Source: an uncultured Gemmataceae bacterium
GTDB taxonomy: Bacteria > Planctomycetota > Planctomycetia > Gemmatales > Gemmataceae
DNA: 64,000 nt
Assembly (NCBI GenBank): GCA_963750165.1
Contig: CAVVPN010000011.1
Span: 1,344,001 to 1,408,000 of the forward strand
Direction: 5' to 3'
This document shows positions 61,083-64,000 of the stretch, one piece after another; positions within the stretch are counted from its first letter, which is position 1, and every line of letters begins with the position of its first letter. The position numbers were made by a program, and so were the translations under genes. A model generated the notes under the pieces. The model ran no database searches. It was not told the DNA's origin and was given only the letters and a program-made list of their open reading frames with translations.

Positions 61083-62444
61083 TTATGGCTGGCACTCTGG
61101 GATCAACCCCGGTTGCGTGAGCAGACCCGTCGCCAGCGTGCCGTCGGTGACGCGGAAGAAGTCCGGCAGCCGCTCCGCCCACCAGCGATTCGCCGCCGGC
61201 ACGTACTGCCGCGCGTTGGCCTCGATGGCCGCCACGCCCGGCACGTGCGCCGCCAGCCCCGCCGAGTGCAGCAGCGACGCCCCCGGACACGTCAGGTCCT
61301 GCACGCACAGGAACAGGCCGTACTTCTGCGCCGCCGCCGCCAGCAGCAGCGATTGCGTCTGCCCCTTGCACGCCTTCAGCGCCGCGCCGGTGTAGCCCAT
61401 TTCGCGGGCCAGCTGCAAACTTTCCAGGTCCACCAACGATTCGTCGATTACCACGGGGCGAATTTTGGACGCCTCGTGCATGACGTTGTGCCGGTGCTGC
61501 TTCAGATCGCGCGCCGTCGGCTGCTCGATGTACTGCACGCGCTCGAACGCGGCGGGGGCCTGTTCCTTGAGCTTCCGCAGAAATTCCAACAAATACGCGA
61601 CGTTGGCGCAGCGTTCGTTGAAATCGAGCGAGTAGACCCAGTGAGTGCAGCCACGGCGCCGCTGAGCCGCCGCGGCGACGCATTCGACACCGACGACGCG
61701 GTTCACGTCCCAGGCGAGGTCGTCACCGTTGAGCTTGATCTTGAGGTGCGTCAGGCCGTTGTACGGGATCCATTCCGCCAGCGTTTCCGGCAGCCCGTCG
61801 CCGACCGGCTTCGTCACATCGCCGGCGTCCAGCGGGTCGAGGGCGCCGACCAGGTGATACAACGGCATGCGCGGCTGCGGTTCCTTGCGGAGGTAGCGGT
61901 CGAGCGTTTCGCCCTGGAAGTCCAGGCCGAGGTAGTGGCCCAGATCGTGGCTCATGAAGTCGGGGCCGTAGGTGTGGTAACTGCTCATGCCGTGGAGCTT
62001 GCCGAAGGCGTCGTGCAGGGCCGCGTCGAACGGGCTGGCGCAGACCAGGGCGGCCAGCAGCGGCACCGGTTCGGCCAGGGCGAGGTCGCGCGTCACCTCC
62101 GCCGCGATTCGGCCAAAGCGGGGCTCCAGCTCGTGGGTGATATCGATGGGGTGGCGGTAGTCCAGGGCGTTGCCATACAGCGCGGCGAAGCGGTCGCTGA
62201 GTTCGCGCATGGCCCGGAGCGTGACCTCGTAGGGCAGAACGCGCGACGGGAAGGCCCAGACGTTGCTGAGCGGCATCGAGCCGACGCCGCGACCGACCTG
62301 ACCGGCGCGCGTGCGCACCTGGCACTCAATGTTAAGCAGCGTCACGCGGTCCAGGGCGACGCCGCCGAACTTGATCGGCGTGCGGTAGGTGTAGTCCTCG
62401 TAGCGGTGGCGGAGGTGCTCGACGCGGATGTCGGTGGGTTTCAT
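61083..62444 (-). CDS. Mandelate racemase/muconate lactonizing (enolase superfamily) protein
   Basis: Start MKPTDIR; HLKIKL, SLDFNE, YIEQP, IDES, ALKACKG. Confidence 0.85.
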   Translation of the reverse strand: MKPTDIRVEHLRHRYEDYTYRTPIKFGGVALDRVTLLNIECQVRTRAGQVGRGVGSMPLSNVWAFPSRVLPYEVTLRAMRELSDRFAALYGNALDYRHPIDITHELEPRFGRIAAEVTRDLALAEPVPLLAALVCASPFDAALHDAFGKLHGMSSYHTYGPDFMSHDLGHYLGLDFQGETLDRYLRKEPQPRMPLYHLVGALDPLDAGDVTKPVGDGLPETLAEWIPYNGLTHLKIKLNGDDLAWDVNRVVGVECVAAAAQRRRGCTHWVYSLDFNERCANVAYLLEFLRKLKEQAPAAFERVQYIEQPTARDLKQHRHNVMHEASKIRPVVIDESLVDLESLQLAREMGYTGAALKACKGQTQSLLLAAAAQKYGLFLCVQDLTCPGASLLHSAGLAAHVPGVAAIEANARQYVPAANRWWAERLPDFFRVTDGTLATGLLTQPGLIPECQP

Positions 62445-62801
62445 GGAGGACTCTCGGATAACCAGGCAATTCCAGGCAAACAGTGTCGCTTCCTCGAAGC
62501 GGGCAAGCCCTTGCCAGCGGTCACGTCCCAGCCTTATTGTCCCTGGCAATCCAGGCGGTGGCCAGTGGCTTGTCGTGCCCTTGAGGGAGCAATTGTGCGC
62601 CGGTTGGCGATTGCCAGGCCACAGAATCGGTATACTTTCATGGTAAGCCAGTTTCAGTTTCCGATCCCGGGTGAATACGCCATTCACATGAGTCGCAAGA
62701 ACCTGCCTGCGCCGGGCGTGAGTGAAACCGGGGGCAACGCGCTCTAGCTTATCCAACTTCGTGATGCAATCCCAACCATCGCTCCTTTTCCTGGTCCCGC
62801 C

Positions 62802-64000
62802 ATGCCGCGCATTACCCTGCTGACCGTTTGCTGCTTCCTTGTCGCCGGCCCGGCCCACGCTCAGGGGCAACCAGCCCCCGCGGCCCCGGACCACGGGCCG
62901 GTCCTGGCCACGTGCATGGAGGTGGCGCCGACGCGCCTGAAGGACACCACCAACCTCGCCCTGACCACCAACTACGTCTTCCGCGGCCGCGTCGTCAGCC
63001 TCAACCCGGAGCGCACCGTCAGCCTGTGCTTCGACACCGAGCACCTGCGCGTCGCCGGCGCCTGGGTCGGCAAGCCGGTCGCCTACGTCGCCAACAAGAA
63101 CATGGGGCCGAGTGTCGAGGGCCAGATGCTCTTCGCCACGCGGCCCGGACCCGGCTGGGCGAAGGATGACAAGTGGGACGACCCACGCCCGCACAAGGAA
63201 GGCCCGCTGCCGCGCAACTCGGCGCACTACCGCGGCTATTACCTGCACGGCGACCGCGTCGTGCTGTCCTACACGGTCGGCGACTGCGAAGTGCTGGAAT
63301 CCCCGTCCGCGGTCAGGGCGGGTGGCGTCCTCGCGATCACGCGCACGTTCAACCTCGGCCCCTCGAAGAAGCCCCTGTCCCTGCTGGTGTGCGAAGCCCC
63401 CAAGGGCCGCGTGCAGGTCAACCTGGAGCAGGGCATCAAGATCCCCGTGTTGAAGACGGCCGACGACCAGGTGCTGGCCGGCATCGTCGGGCTGCCGAAA
63501 GACGGCTACTGGCTGGGCCTCGGCGGTCGCCTGTACCTGGAACTGCCGGCCTTGCCGAAGGGCGCCTCGTTCCGGCTGGTGCTGGCGAAGACCGACAAGG
63601 TGGCCGCCTTCGCCAGACTGCTCCGGGGCAACGTCGAGGACCTGCGGCCGCTGACGAAGGGCGGCCCGGCACGCTGGAAGCAGACGCCGCAGACGAAGGG
63701 CACGCCGGCCCCCGCGGGCAAGGCGCCCTATGTCATCGATCACATCGACCTGCCAACGGACAATCCCTGGCGAGCGTCGATCCGCTTCGGCGGCCTCGAC
63801 TTCTTCCCCGACGGCCGCGCCGCGCTCTGCACCTGGGACGGCGACGTGTGGATCGTCTCCGGCCTGGACGACCGGCTGCAAAAAGTGCGCTGGCAGCGCT
63901 TCGCCAGCGGACTGCACCAGCCGCTGGGGCTGAAGATCATCAACGGCGTCATTTACACCGCCGGCCGCGATCAGATCACGCGGCTGCACGACCTCAACGG
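62802..64000 (+). CDS. DUF6797-like exported protein, truncated by the window edge (not in the ORF track)
   Basis: My translation: MPRITLLTVCC...FDTEHLRVAGAW...YRGYYLHGDRVVLSY...NPWRASIRFGGLDFFPDG..GDVW..FASGLHQPLGL. Confidence 0.75.
   Translation, partial: MPRITLLTVCCFLVAGPAHAQGQPAPAAPDHGPVLATCMEVAPTRLKDTTNLALTTNYVFRGRVVSLNPERTVSLCFDTEHLRVAGAWVGKPVAYVANKNMGPSVEGQMLFATRPGPGWAKDDKWDDPRPHKEGPLPRNSAHYRGYYLHGDRVVLSYTVGDCEVLESPSAVRAGGVLAITRTFNLGPSKKPLSLLVCEAPKGRVQVNLEQGIKIPVLKTADDQVLAGIVGLPKDGYWLGLGGRLYLELPALPKGASFRLVLAKTDKVAAFARLLRGNVEDLRPLTKGGPARWKQTPQTKGTPAPAGKAPYVIDHIDLPTDNPWRASIRFGGLDFFPDGRAALCTWDGDVWIVSGLDDRLQKVRWQRFASGLHQPLGLKIINGVIYTAGRDQITRLHDLN

Noticed and set aside
62445..63989. N-terminal 515 aa of the 968-aa minus-strand ORF
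   Set aside because: Antisense shadow of the + strand gene starting at 62802; the enolase-family gene starts at 62444.

Overview
GC-rich bacterial genomic window, most likely from a planctomycete (Gemmataceae-like): it has DUF1501 x2, DUF1549/DUF1553, DUF4058, DUF4159, DUF6797-like, PEP-CTERM and planctomycete-type ECF sigma genes. It holds about 50 protein genes. I recognised no rRNA, tRNA, CRISPR array or intact IS element. About nine 1-2 nt frameshifts in GC runs split otherwise intact genes and look like long-read assembly errors. The highlight is an archaeal-type formylmethanofuran dehydrogenase operon (fwdD-[small ORF]-fwdB-fwdA-fwdC, 13075-17787). fwdB has an in-frame TGA exactly at the Mo/W-ligand Cys/Sec position, followed by a bacterial SECIS-like hairpin. 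Between fwdD and fwdB sits a small ORF missing from the ORF track (13444-13638), with its own in-frame TGA and a second SECIS-like hairpin; read-through ends 10 nt before fwdB. It is a candidate new 64-aa selenoprotein or selenium-sensing leader. Other points of note: an Rpn nuclease with an internal antitoxin-type start, a 12-nt tandem repeat and a duplicated C-terminal module; a FolK-SDR fusion with a Tyr-to-Phe catalytic change; kdsD-kdsC followed by a very large Lpt-like protein; a DUF433/DUF5615 toxin-antitoxin pair; and several families of REP-like intergenic repeats. All family assignments come from motif recognition by eye; no database search was run.
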